From: Macrostomum lignano
Lineage: Eukaryota
Length of the DNA: 46,898 nt
Direction of reading: 5' to 3'
Assembly (NCBI GenBank): GCA_002269645.1
Contig: NIVC01004408.1
Span: 1-46,898 of the forward strand
Notes under the pieces: model-generated
Database searches by the model: none
What the model was told of the DNA's origin: nothing
What the model saw: the letters and a program-made list of their open reading frames with translations, nothing else
Shown: piece by piece, positions 25,201-35,136 of the stretch
Layout of the letters: each line of letters starts with the position of its first letter
Numbering within the stretch: the first letter of the stretch is position 1
Made by a program: the position numbers and the translations under genes

Positions 25201-28200
25201 TTGGCCCCTCACTTCTTTCACCTGCTTCTTTTCTGCCCCCGCAAATCACATATAGCTCGTGTTATTAGTTTATTGTCTATACGACAAATTGGTAGCAGAG
25301 CGTACCATGGTCATCACACGATCGACAACTGACCAATCTGGCGACCAGACCCAGCAGTCCCAGAACGACCACAGCACAGCCCCTGCTGAAGCGACCATTG
25401 CCGCGGAACAGCCGCCCGTCGAAGCCAGCGACCCGCCGCCAGCTGCTTCATCCGCCACGACATCTGCTCCTCCTGCTGCTCCTTCCACGACTCCGATCCC
25501 TGCAATAGCTCCCGCTGCCTCCGTCGACGTCAACGCCCTCCTGACTGGAACGACTGCGATGATGCAGCAGAATCAGCAGCAGATGCAGCTCATGCAACAG
25601 CTCGTGGCTAATACCAATCCTGCCCCGGCATCAGCGTCGTCGTCGGCCACCAGTGATCGCGATCTGGCCGCTCTCATCCGCTCTACTGTTCTCCAGAAGG
25701 TCCGTCTCCCGACATTCGACGGCACCGACCCTGCCGCATTTCCCGGGTTCTGGGACGCCTTTATCTACCGCGTCGATCAATCCAGCCTCAACGACGTCGA
25801 CAAGTTCGAGGCACTCCGCGGTCTCCTATCCGGCCCCGCCCTCAGGAAGCTGGGCGCCCTCAATGCCTACCAACCGAACGCCTACGCCGAGGCCTGCCGT
25901 GTCCTCCAGGTCAACTACACCGACACACAGGAGCAAAAGAACGCCTCCTTCCAGCGTCTCCTCGCCCTTCACTGCAGCTCCGCCTCTGACGTAGACGAGC
26001 TTGAGACCTACACCGACGCCCTCCGACTCGCTACCGGCCAGCTCCTCCGCCTTGGCGAGCTCGCCTGCACCCTCGATGGCTACGTCTACGCACTCTGGAG
26101 CCGCCTCCCGATCGAGCTGCAGAACGAGATCCGCAACCTTCGTGCTGCCAGCGGGCAGCCTCTCATGCCAACTATGACACAGCTCCAGGGCCACCTCGAC
26201 TGCAAGCTGAAGACGCTCAGCAGAGCCGCTTCCACTACCCCGCCGGCTGCGCCCTTCGCTTCCGCCATCCTGGGCAACGCCAGTTCCCAGCCGCCACAAA
26301 CCCGCAGCACCGGCAATCGCTTATCGTCGGACGCCTATCGACTTGACCCCGCTCCTTGCGCCGACATTACATTGCGCCCAGCCGCGAAGTTAAGTTCCAC
26401 TGCCAGCCAAGAGCCCAAGAGTTCTTGTCCCTGCAGCGACGCCAGTCAGCCTATCAGCCCTAACGTTCCCGCCCAAGCGCTTCGACCGACTCTCACAGCC
26501 TGCCCGACACCCTTCGGGGCCATACTCGACGGCTCCCTCGATACCACAGCCTCTCGTCTTAACGGCTTCCTCGCAAGTGGTCATTGCGAACACTTTCCCT
26601 AACAACGATGGGCTCCACCTCGACCGACTTCTGGACAGCATGTCCAACCTCGAAGCTCTCGGCACGGCAAAGGATGCTGAAAGGCCCGACGCCAGGAACG
26701 ACAGACCCCAGGAACGCCTGCCCAACTCCATCATGCGCGATACCGACGGTCGAATCTCCGTCGACCTGCCATTCGAACCTGGAGCCGAGCTCCTACCTTC
26801 CAACTTTGGCCAGGCCTTCGGTCGTGCTCAGGCCACCCACCGCCGCCTCAGCCTTCCGAGCGTGAGGCCTACTATGCCGAGTTCGAGAAGCGCAAGCAAG
26901 AAGGTGTCCTGGAACGAGTCAGCCCTGGCCAGGTAGCTGGCCCAGTCATCCAGACTCTGCCGCACTTCCCAGTCATAAAGGAGAGCTCCAACACGACGAA
27001 GATCCGCCCCGTCGTCGACGCTTCTACCAAGACCTCGCTCGCTGGCGCCACATTCAACGACCTCCAAGAGCCTGGGCCCAACCTGCTGACGTCAATGCTT
27101 CAAGTCCTTCTAGTTCAACGCGCTCACCAGTTCGGCATCTCATCTGACCTCAAGGCCGCCTTCTACCAGATAGGCGTTCACGAACCTCACCGCGACGTCC
27201 TCCGCATCATCCTCCCGAAGTACATCACCAAGCCGCTAGTACAGGGCAACTTCGAGCTCTGGCGCTTCACTCGCATCGTCATGGGCGCCTCTCCCAGAGC
27301 GTGGATTCTCCTGGCGGTCCTCCACAAGATCTGCTTGGACGCAATTAACTCGGGAGATTCCGACCTCACCCAATCAGAGCTCGAGCGCATCATTGGCAGC
27401 CTCTATGTCGACAACCTCGTCATCGGCGATGACACCAAGGAAGATGCTGCCCGTCTCGTCTGCCGGCCCGCCTGCCGGCTCAGCTTCCGGCCCGGCATTG
27501 TTACAACCTGACTAAGCAGTTGACCGCTTTCACGAACTAAACTCAATGCGCAAATACTCGCTAATTAATCATTCTACTGTTTTTGCCGTTCAAAATCCCC
27601 TCTATCTATCGTTACCTGTTGGCCCCCCGAGCCTGTCGGATTTCCATCCTCCAAATATTTGTACTTTCTATTACCTTGTACTTTTTAGTTAGCCGTCTCC
27701 CTTTGTCTACCATGCCTTTCCCACAGACTATCGTAACCGTTCATTTACCTCAGACAATTTGGCTGGCCTGTTCATCATTGTTAGTATAAATACAACTTCA
27801 ACCCGCGGCTTGGCTCACTTCTTTCACCTGCTTCTTTTCTGCCCCGCAAATCACATATAGCTCGTGTTATTAGTTTATTGTCTATACGACAGGTGGAGAC
27901 TCGACTGAGTCACTATAGTTGCTTTTTCTCTCGGCAGTCGCGCAGGCAGTAAGAGTAAGTTTTGGTTGCTAGGCAACCGTGCAAATGGTAGGAAGACAAT
28001 TTATAAAGATTCGCACGCGCCCAGCTAATTAAAATAAAGTTAAAACTAAGTGAAACCAATTGAAGTGGAAACTGGTACAATTCTGGTCTCAATTGCCTCA
28101 CCTGTTTCAGCTGCTGATTCACCCATCTGGTAAAGGTTCGCTTCTGAATGCAGTCCCTGGCGTCTGGATGAGGGTTGGTTTACTCAATGCTTTATCGAGT

Positions 28201-30493
28201 TTAGACAGGTACAGAGTGAGATATTGATAGCAGTTGGTATTGAACATTGAAATCATTAGAGATGTGTTATGCAGCATACAAACTGATTTTTGTACAGTCG
28301 ATGTTAGAACCAGACAGGTTTGACACATTGCTGTAAAACAGTTCAAATCCAGGAGTTTAGTAAAGTGCATTTAAAAATATGATTATTAATGAAATTTACG
28401 CAATATTTATTGAGTTATTATTAAGCACTTTTCACGCTTAATGTTAGGAAACTTTCAAACCCGGAAAGTGCACGAGATAGAATTCATTTACAATAAATGA
28501 CTACCTTGATTGCTAATTCCCTGTGTTAAACTCTATCACCAGTTCGTAGGCGTTAAATTTAAACTTGTAAGAAAGTTATGAAACCTTTACCAGAGAAAAA
28601 TTTTGGCATTAGCTGGAGACCAGCTGAGATGCTGCTCTAACACTGTTAGCTTGTCTCTCTCTTGCACACAGCCTCTCTCTCTCTCTCTCACCTGGGTCAG
28701 CAGCTTCATCAGGCGCGAGATGAAGCCAGCAGCAGCCGACAGTTCTACTGCGAGGTGGCAAATGTTTTAACAAAATAATACAAGTAATATTTCATATCCA
28801 GCAGTAAATTCAACCCTAGTATTCAATCAAAAAGCCGACTATAAAAGTGCATGCGCTTTCAGATGGGAACAAACGAGTGATGCAAAAACTACAGGGGCGC
28901 ACAGCAACTGCTGAGCATAGCAGGTATTGCAAAATTCCGCATACTCAAATTTAATTTAGCTTGATTGATAACTACAAGGCCTAGATATAACAGACAACAG
29001 TAGGACAAGGTACAGCTAAGACAATAAGCATATTGAGATCGAGGTTAAAGTAGAGATGGAGAAAAGTTGATTGATTGATTGATTTTCATTTCCTGTTCAA
29101 TTTAAGTTCAGCAAAGTACTGCTCTGCTTACATAGGTAGGAGAAAAAATAAGTACAAATCTAAATATACTTTATATTCTATATATAGGGAAGATATTAAG
29201 GCAAACTTCAAAAGTTAAAAAATTAACCGCTAGTTAAAAAAGACATTTTCCATTATTAAAAATCAACCAATTGAGAACTGATTGCGTCCAGAATACCAGA
29301 GATCAGAGCCTCAAATAGTTCGGCGGCTTGCAGCCTGTGGGGAGAGTGTCAGCTTCTTGATCACTCAAGACGAGAAACTTGAAAATGATTGATGAAGCGT
29401 CACGAAGCATGTAAGATGCCTAGAAATCCTAGGAATTCCTGAGTAATTTAAGAAGTCCTTGGCGTCAGCTTGATTGGCTCTATTGTCTATGGCCGAGGGC
29501 AGGCCTGCGGCAGCGAGTTTGGATTCTCCATTCTGACCGGCTCAATATACCTTTTGCGTTCTATTTGGCTTTTCATTCATTCAAATTGGTGCCAGGACCA
29601 TTTGTTAAAATCAGTTTAGTAGACAGAGGATGGTGAACGAATACGTGACTGGTCGATTGGAGTTTGACTTTCGCGAGATAAACCAAATTGATAAAGAAAA
29701 AAAACAAATTACCTGGCGATTTGAGTTCTTAGTCTATGGTGAATATGAGCTCTTTGCAACGCACCAAATCGAACGCAGTAAAAACCAAAACAGAAAGCAA
29801 AAAAAGTGCAAAAGCAAAAGAGATTTTGCTTCGAGCGGGACTTTCAAACAGGGTAGGAAGTCGAAAGAGGGTCCCGATGAAAACGCTACCCAGGCCAAGT
29901 AGCGTCACCAGAGTCACTTGCGTCACTCCAAAGTCTTTTCAGAGTCGTTGCAGGTAAAACAGGTAAAACATGAAAGAAGTGACTCTAGACGACTAGACGT
30001 CGTCTAAGAGTCAATTTCAGGCGTCTGTTGTCTGCGACTGAACCGACTCTGGGACGCTTCTATAGTGACTCTGGGGCCGTGGAGTCGTATCCGAGGCGTG
30101 CTGGAGTCGCTATAGAATCACTGAGTTGCATCTGTGCTATTTCGAATTCAAGAAAATTAATCTGTTACGATTCTTGTCGCTTGAGCCACTTTTGAGTTGT
30201 TTGCAATGAGTTGTTGTTTGAATTTTTTGTCACGGTAAAATTTTCAACGGAGATGGCACACTGTCAAGCAGAGTGCGGGAAAGACAAAGAAAGGGATACA
30301 GAAAAACACAACAACAAACATCAAAGCAGAAACGCAACGACTGCTTCTAAAAGCAGAGAAGATTCTCCTCACCGGCCACCAGAATCACGGCCCTGTCGGC
30401 GGCGTCCAGCTTGAGCAGGCTGAGCGGCGCGTAGGACTCGTGCAACCGCGGGTCGGCGCCAGCCTTGCGCCGGCCGAACAGAAACGAATTCAT
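2461..30493 (-). CDS. Spectraplakin/plakin gene (Shot/VAB-10/dystonin/MACF1/plectin family), multi-exon; may continue beyond the left edge of the window
   Basis: Spliced translation gives ...LDAADRAVILVA|DARDCIQKRTFTRWVNQQLKQ|KSTRISDLFQDLRNG...LLEVLSG..|PVERGHLRFHYLQNV..|[31 protein letters not shown]|ISEI...NFTSCWQDGRAF..|..RLLEPEDVDTPHADDLSLITYLSALYDA, the CH1-CH2 actin-binding domain of plakins. Helical spectrin-like repeats, an SH3-like segment and plectin-type repeats follow. Junctions are GT-AG and phase-compatible. Orthology within the family is not resolved, so no symbol is given. Confidence 0.93.
4350..4583. repeat. 22-bp intronic minisatellite (GGCTGTGTGCACCCGGGAGGAG)n, ~10 copies
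   Basis: Direct periodicity; produces the repetitive spurious ORFs at 4302-4600. Confidence 0.95.
4620..5672 (-). CDS. Spectraplakin exon: spectrin-like repeats leading into plectin-type repeats (frameshifted in its 3' half)
   Basis: Acceptor TTTGCAG|AAA at 5672, phase 0. Helical KTQASLNEALQDC..., then GVLDPCSGRLLTFAQA in an alternate frame. The donor near 4619-4644 is uncertain. Confidence 0.75.
5697..5995. repeat. 30/24-bp intronic minisatellite (GGCTTGCTATTTGTACACACAGTCAGTCC.)n
   Basis: Direct periodicity within the 5673-6019 intron. Confidence 0.95.
6020..6791 (-). CDS. Spectraplakin exon containing the SH3-like insertion of the plakin domain
   Basis: LLCQW...CWLPAVCL resembles the plakin SH3 (ALCDY...VPSVCF). 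Acceptor TTCTCAG| at 6791, donor ACG|GTGAGC at 6020. A frame switch is needed near 6700-6760. Confidence 0.75.
6900..7305 (-). CDS. Spectraplakin exon (plakin-domain spectrin repeat)
   Basis: STVSELEDREAKF...H(P)AEACLRRLEERWAAHLSLAGCLQHQ matches the plakin ELE.KE...HPA...QWSW..QL..C pattern. Acceptor CCCGCAG| at 7305, donor TGG|GTGAGT at 6900. The exon is 406 nt, consistent with two missing bases. Confidence 0.8.
7563..7740. repeat. ~42-bp purine-rich intronic repeat, ~4 copies
   Basis: GGGAGAGGGAAGTGAGAGATCCCAACCAGCCGGAC repeated. Confidence 0.9.
7766..8893 (-). CDS. Spectraplakin exon: plakin-domain spectrin repeats (376 codons)
   Basis: Open phase 0-0 exon ISERTSVQLQ...LLAWLDERETRVL...EAYLK; acceptor CCCAAAG|, donor AAG|GTGAGC. 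Confidence 0.9.
8940..9420. repeat. CACTCAGCCACTAACTCAGTCAGT-type 12/24-bp intronic repeat
   Basis: Direct periodicity filling most of the 8894-9430 intron. Confidence 0.93.
9431..9836 (-). CDS. Spectraplakin exon: C-terminal half of CH2 and start of the plakin domain
   Basis: PDLID...RLRLAFDINERHLGVARLLEPEDVDTPHADDLSLITYLSALYDAL; acceptor CCCCAG| (phase 2), donor GAG|GTGAG (phase 0). Confidence 0.93.
9960..10575. repeat. 17-bp pyrimidine-rich minisatellite (CTCACCCTACCTCTCCT)n
   Basis: Direct periodicity within the 9837-10613 intron. Confidence 0.95.
10614..10834 (-). CDS. Spectraplakin exon: CH1-CH2 linker (polyQ) and N-terminal half of CH2
   Basis: ISEILPS...QQQPQQQQQLDDNRAVRDFLLAWCRAELAPYGLSVTNFTSCWQDGRAFVCLLHRAR; acceptor CGCCAG|ATA (phase 0), donor AG|GTGAG (phase 2). 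Confidence 0.93.
10991..14743. repeat. 42/43-bp minisatellite (CTGCAGATATC[ATG/TCAG]GTGTCCCTACACTGCCAATCCTGAGCAG)n, roughly 88 copies
   Basis: Direct periodicity with a few recurring unit variants. Confidence 0.97.
14750..14977 (-). CDS. Candidate alternative spectraplakin exon (MLPFAGCCGA...KKECSSIDSQ)
   Basis: GC-rich open frame in the CH1-CH2 intron ending CAG|GTGGTG in phase 0, compatible with the CH2 exon. The donor is weak. Confidence 0.45.
16571..16717 (-). CDS. Candidate alternative spectraplakin exon encoding a transmembrane signal-anchor
   Basis: MSSPFTREVHLLWPGALLLAGLLLILLYSCGLVAVRRLLRVSSGPVRLV followed by a perfect GTGAGT donor in phase 0. Confidence 0.5.
17889..18430. repeat. 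(GAGT)n microsatellite with GATT/AACT variants
   Basis: Direct. Confidence 0.97.
19211..20800. repeat. 21-bp minisatellite (TGAGGCTTACTACACCCAAT[C/A])n, ~75 copies
   Basis: Direct periodicity; the source of the long repetitive ORFs at 19070-20841. Confidence 0.97.
21853..22016 (-). mobile_element. Short, internally deleted fragment of the LINE family present at 44845-46000
   Basis: The two halves align by eye to ~44845-44940 and ~45420-45476. Confidence 0.7.
22016..22586. repeat. 83-bp tandem array, ~7 copies
   Basis: CTTAC recurs at 22071, 22154, 22237, 22320, 22403, 22486 and 22569. Confidence 0.97.
22827..23440. repeat. 85-bp tandem array, ~7 copies
   Basis: GGCAAAATTGAGTGCAGTTTTCGGAG recurs every 85 bp from 22827. 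Confidence 0.97.
23661..23753 (-). CDS. Spectraplakin exon: end of CH1
   Basis: [31 protein letters not shown], 31 codons, CAG|...|GTTGG. Confidence 0.96.
23834..23911 (-). CDS. Spectraplakin exon: CH1
   Basis: PVERGHLRFHYLQNVEIALQFLQFDG, 26 codons, CAG|...|GTAAG. Confidence 0.94.
24085..24830. repeat. 29/30-bp minisatellite (AATCCAGGTGATTTCTCAAATCCCCAATTA)n, ~25 copies
   Basis: Direct periodicity within the 23912-24863 intron. Confidence 0.96.
24864..24953 (-). CDS. Spectraplakin exon: CH1
   Basis: KSTRISDLFQDLRNGFALITLLEVLSGHVL, 30 codons, TTTTCAG|...|GTGAG. Confidence 0.94.
25025..25286 (+). repeat. 5' LTR (262 bp)
   Basis: TG...CA ends; direct repeat of 27634-27891. Confidence 0.95.
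25290..25300 (+). promoter_or_regulatory. Primer-binding site TGGTAGCAGAG
   Basis: Begins 3 nt after the 5' LTR; complementary to the 3' end of metazoan initiator tRNA-Met (...CUCUGCUACCA), recalled from established knowledge. Confidence 0.7.
25307..26602 (+). CDS. gag: BEL/Pao gag (DUF1759-like) ORF, running into remnant post-protease sequence
   Basis: KVRLPTFDGTDPAAFPGFWDAF...LNDVDKFEALRGLLSGPA is a BEL gag signature. No CCHC knuckle or D(S/T)G motif seen. Confidence 0.85.
   Translation: MVITRSTTDQSGDQTQQSQNDHSTAPAEATIAAEQPPVEASDPPPAASSATTSAPPAAPSTTPIPAIAPAASVDVNALLTGTTAMMQQNQQQMQLMQQLVANTNPAPASASSSATSDRDLAALIRSTVLQKVRLPTFDGTDPAAFPGFWDAFIYRVDQSSLNDVDKFEALRGLLSGPALRKLGALNAYQPNAYAEACRVLQVNYTDTQEQKNASFQRLLALHCSSASDVDELETYTDALRLATGQLLRLGELACTLDGYVYALWSRLPIELQNEIRNLRAASGQPLMPTMTQLQGHLDCKLKTLSRAASTTPPAAPFASAILGNASSQPPQTRSTGNRLSSDAYRLDPAPCADITLRPAAKLSSTASQEPKSSCPCSDASQPISPNVPAQALRPTLTACPTPFGAILDGSLDTTASRLNGFLASGHCEHFP
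26577..27470 (+). pseudogene. pol: Truncated, frameshifted BEL pol (N-terminal RT)
   Basis: DGRISVDLPF...LPSNFGQAFGR; TLPHFPVIKESSNTTKIRPVVDAS...EPGPNLL; SDLKAAFYQIGV..HRDVLR; LYVDNL. No RNase H or integrase before the 3' LTR. Confidence 0.88.
27634..27891 (+). repeat. 3' LTR (258 bp)
   Basis: Differs from the 5' LTR only by shorter C-runs (3 nt + 1 nt), as far as can be seen by eye. Confidence 0.95.
28102..28163 (-). CDS. Spectraplakin exon: start of CH1
   Basis: (D)ARDCIQKRTFTRWVNQQLKQ is equivalent to DERDRVQKKTFTKWVNKHL; CCAG|AC... (phase 1), CAG|GTGAG (phase 0). Confidence 0.95.
30373..30493 (-). CDS. Spectraplakin first coding exon
   Basis: MNSFLFGRRKAGADPRLHESYAPLSLLKLDAADRAVILVA + G|GTGAG (phase 1). 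LDAADRAVILVA-D matches the LDPAERAV.RIA-D motif of plectin/dystonin/MACF1. Confidence 0.88.
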
Positions 30494-31299
30494 GCCGGCA
30501 AAAGCTGCTCCCGGAGGATGCTTAGGAAGACAAAATTTTCATTTGTAGAATTGGTGATGAAGAGTTTCTCCCACGCGGCAAGATTTAGGTCTGCTGCGAG
30601 GCGTCAATAAAAAAGCGTTTGATTGCCTCGCTGAAAGCAGAGTAGAGACCAACCTTTATTTATTCCTAAAAAAGAAACAAGTCGTCTGGACAGCACGAAA
30701 TGAAGCAATGATTGCGAAGTAAAAGCGCACAACAGGGCAGTAACTATCGCATTTTTGGTTAGAAATCTCTACATTTTTGCCGCTTGGTGGTAGATAAAAC
30801 TGACTGATAGATAGCCTGAGCAGCGACTTGTTTTCTGACTCAGCTGTTCCTGTCTTATCATGGCACAGCAGGCTTGTCTGCCCGGCAGCCACAAGTCAAA
30901 CTACTGGCAATCATAGTCAATAGTCAAATTAGTTCAATTTCTATAAAAAAATCTATAACACTCAATTAAAACAGTGCAAAGGGTAAACTTCTATGTGCAA
31001 AATTGTTTTGCTTTTGTTATCTGCGTATCGTAAACACAAACTCTACAGCAATAACTAACCAATGCAGAGCTAGCAGTTTCCCAGAAATGCTGCAATGGAC
31101 ATGTTGTGTACAGCCGCAGCCCTTGGCGAATGTCTGCTACTTGACCGCTTGTGATTTGACCCCTCACCCATTTATCAGATAGTCTTACAGCCGACTATTA
31201 AAAATTTTAATATTAACTTTTGCAATAGTCAACAAAAATAATAATTGTACATGTAGGAACATGAACTTTAAATGCTAGAAGCTTGGGGTTGCTAAATTT

Positions 31300-31960
31300 C
31301 TGCGGCTCATGGGGGTGGCTGAGATGCTGTGGCTCATGGGGGGTGGCTGAGATGCTGTGGCTCATGGGGGGTGTCTGAGATTCTGTGGCTCATGGGGGGT
31401 GTCTGAGATGCTGTGGCTCATGGGGGGTTGCTGAGATGCTGTGGCTCATGGGGAGGGGGTGGCTGAGATGCTGTAGCTCATGGGGAGGGGGTGGCTGAGA
31501 TGCTGTGGCTCATGGGGAGGGGGTGGCTGAGATGCTGTAGCTCATGGGAGGGGGTGGCTGAGATGCTGTGGCTCATGGGGTGGCTGAGATGCTGTGGCTC
31601 ATGGGGTGGCTGAGATGCTGTGGCTCATGGGGTGGCTGAGATGCTGTGGCTCATGGGGTGGCTGAGATGCTGTGGCTCATGGGGTGGCTGAGATGCTGTG
31701 GCTCATGGGGTGGCTGAGATGCTGTGGCTCATGGGGTGGCTGAGATGCTGTGGCTCATGGGGTGGCTGAGATGCTATGGCTCATGGGGTGGCTGAGATGC
31801 TGTGGCTCATGGGGTGGCTGAGATGCTGTGGCTCATGGGGTGGCTGAGATGCTGTGGCTCATGGGGTGGCTGAGATGCTGTGGCTCATGGGAGCAGGTGG
31901 CTGAGATGCTGTGGCTAATGGGGAGTGGGTGGCTGAGATACTATGGCTCATTGGGGGTTG
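31300..31960. repeat. ~26-bp minisatellite (GGCTGAGATGCTGTGGCTCATGGGGT)n
   Basis: Direct periodicity with variable G-runs. Confidence 0.95.
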
Positions 31961-34900
31961 CTCAGATACAAAGGGTCAATTGGGAGTTTTTGATAGGCCA
32001 AGTATCATTTGGAGAGTAAGAGTGAGCATTAGGGTTAAGCTGTGGCCTAAAGAGAGGCTTTGATGGCATTGATGCCAAAGCTCAAAGGGTGCTGATATCT
32101 TAGGCTAGATAATTAGCATTCAAGGCAACTATTTTTTGTTTTAAATATCACTTTCCTAGGAAACTAGCAATCATAACTATACAAGGTCAAAGCTACTATA
32201 GTTTATTAAAAAAGTTTCTTAGTTGCTTTTTTAATAGAGGGGCAAAGATGATTAGTCTTAGCACTAAAATCCTGCCTTTTGGCACTAAATTAATGTTAAA
32301 ATCTTGCCTTTAGCACTAAATTGATACTAAAATATTGCCTTTGGCACTAAAATCTTGTCTTATAGCACTAAAGACATTGATTATGGGTATTATGACATTT
32401 GGTTTGTGATTGCCCCCACCCCTAGACTAGATGAAAATCTGGTTATTAGCAACAATTTATTAGAATATTTACTTACTATGCTAGAGTAGAGACTATCAAA
32501 GAAACCAATATATTCAAAACACTTGCAAGAGACAAATGATCTAATAATAAGATAAGATCTTGTAATTCAATCACTGAAAAATTAAGACTAACAAGCTAGC
32601 CACTGAAAGAAAAGATAAACTATTTAAAGCTAAGCGAAGTTACAGCTAAGCTTAAATCTATCTTATTGATAAATTAAATATAAACTTATAAAATATAATG
32701 GGCTTCAAGATAAAAATTAACTCATGGGCCCAATAATAGAAGAGCTAGAAGAGTAAATAAAGGTATTAATATTATATTAATATTTCAAAATAACTAGACC
32801 TTCAATAATAATATATACTATACTCATAATGAGTATATAGTGAGGTATAATGAGACATAATGAGGTATAAGAGTAACTCATTACCTTAGTTAGCAATACT
32901 AGTAGTTCTGCACACAGACAGTTATTGTGGTAAAAATAAAAGCTGATTTTAGAGTAGTTTTAAACCTAATTGATGAATCTAAATTGTAAAAACAAAATTT
33001 TCAAAGAAAAAAAGTTGCTTCAAGCATCAAGCTTCGCCTGAAGTCAGCCAACCCTGTATAATAAAAACTTTATAACTAATAAGAGATCTTAATTTGAACT
33101 ATCGCGGTTTCTTAGATAATTTATTTACTGCTTAAATTAAAACAAAAAAGTTATATTTTGCAAAACTTATTGTTTAGCTACTGAAGACAGACACAGACGT
33201 GAAATTTCGAGTTAAAATTAAATATTCTAGCAAATATTTGCTACACAGATTTCTCTTAATTTCAATGCTATTGTGCAACCCGGTGACGCGATAACACATT
33301 GACTAATGATTTGATCATGTCCCTGTCGATTCGACTATTTCATATATATGTAATGTGTTTTTCCTCTTAGGCTTTTAGGTCGCAGTCAAAGATCGTAGAT
33401 ACGTAGCTGATAAAATTTAATACTTTCAGTACAGCAATATTGTATTAGCTACAAAGCTTTACAATGGCCATAGGTCAATTTTAGGCAAAGGTCTATATTT
33501 TTTTCACTGTAAATATAGTATTACTTTGAAAGCTGTACACTTGTAGACAATTTTCCTCTTAGAAATTACCCACTTGTGGCATGTATTAAGTTAGGATCAT
33601 AATTATGCACTTTATAATACTAAAAACTAGAGTGGCTAAATTCTAATTCCAATTTAGATTGTATTTTCAATGTTTTTTATTTTTAATTAGACAAAAATGA
33701 CTGTCTTTTTGTTTAGCATTATCAAAATACATTTGATCAAAAAACTATAGATAAATATAGTAGAATTTTTTATTTACAAAGTTGATAAAAAAGATCTTAT
33801 GACTAGTCTAATAATAGGTCTATTTGAGAATTTACCATGATAAGTGTATACATCAGCTTAATTTTTTGCCTTTTTCATATAAAAAGGGAAGCCTTTCTAA
33901 TTATTGGGAAATGTGCAATTTAAAACCTTTTAATATTTTGTCTAGCATTGTCTAATGTTTAAGTGCAAAATTAAACTTTTGTTAAACTTATAATAGATCA
34001 TTAATGCTATTGCTAGTTATCCAACTAATAGATTAAATAGTCTCACTAGTCTACAGGGAACTAGGCTTCGAATCTAACTAGTTCAAAACTAATTAGAATT
34101 AGAAAAAAATTTACTAGAAGAAAAATTAATAAAAAAGGAAAGCCACTAAAAATTGAGTTTTAAAAGAACTGGAAGATATTATAAAGGAATGACAAAGAAT
34201 TTAGAATCATAGCCACTATGAAGGATTAGCTAAGATAACTACTAACAAAATTTTTGCTTCTGTCATTTTGCTTATTATAGTAAATGAAGATTTTAAACCC
34301 ATAAATAGAACTCAAACTCTAGTATTGATAAATGTATTGAACAATTGCTTTGTAGAAATTTTAAATTAGCAATTATAAATATGGTTTTATTAGCAACTAT
34401 TCCTAAATCACAGAATTATTGATGAAAATAATTAAAGTTTAATTTTGTATACTCTATCATTATTAATTTAAGTAACTTAATTTAATAATAAAATGATGAA
34501 AAATTTTTTTGCAAACAGTAACTAGAACTACCTAGTGCTTAATGCCCAACTCTAAATGTGCACTAGAAATAAAATGTACTTTATTTTTGATACATGTTTC
34601 AAAAGCAATGCACCAATCTGATCAATGCTTTGCTAACACATCTCGATTGCTAGGTCTTGCTTTGAGCTTTTTTATGCTAGTCACAGCTTATGTAAAAGCT
34701 AGTACTAACTAATAATGCCTAGCTTTATTAAAATTTAACTATCAGCAATATTGAGTGTGTAACTTTCATGACTTTGTGTATGAGTGAGTATTTAATGGAT
34801 GTAATATTGTTGCAATGCTATACACTGCAGCCTAGTCTAATTATAACTTTTTATGCACTGTGAAATTGCAGTGGCTGTGATGTTCCATATTTTGTTTCTA

Positions 34901-35136
34901 AAATTTTAAGAAAAGAAGGCTGCCATTGAGTTCTGCATGGCAGGATATATGAATGATTTGCTTTGATCTAGCACTTATAAGCCTTGTACTACTAGCCAAC
35001 TCAACTTCAGTATGATAACTCCTGTAGCAAGTATTTCAATAGGCTTTATTAAACCTAAACTACAGTGTCTGATTTGCCCATACTTCAGAGAGAACAATTA
35101 CTGCACTTTATCAAGGCCAGAGGAGCCTCTAGAGCA

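Larger units (their letters stand above)
25025..27891 (+). mobile_element. BEL/Pao LTR retrotransposon, internally deleted, intronic and antisense to the host gene
   Basis: Two LTRs with TGTCG...CGACA ends; 5-bp TSD GGTGG at 25020-25024 and 27892-27896; PBS; gag; partial RT with BEL-type motifs. Confidence 0.95.

Noticed and set aside
28692-28747. Exon-like island with a CAG|GTGAG donor in intron 1 (phase-1 frame ...RTVGCCWLHLAPDEAADP)
   Set aside because: It is 56 nt (not frame-preserving as a cassette) and has no in-frame ATG upstream. It could be part of another alternative start, but that cannot be supported from sequence alone.
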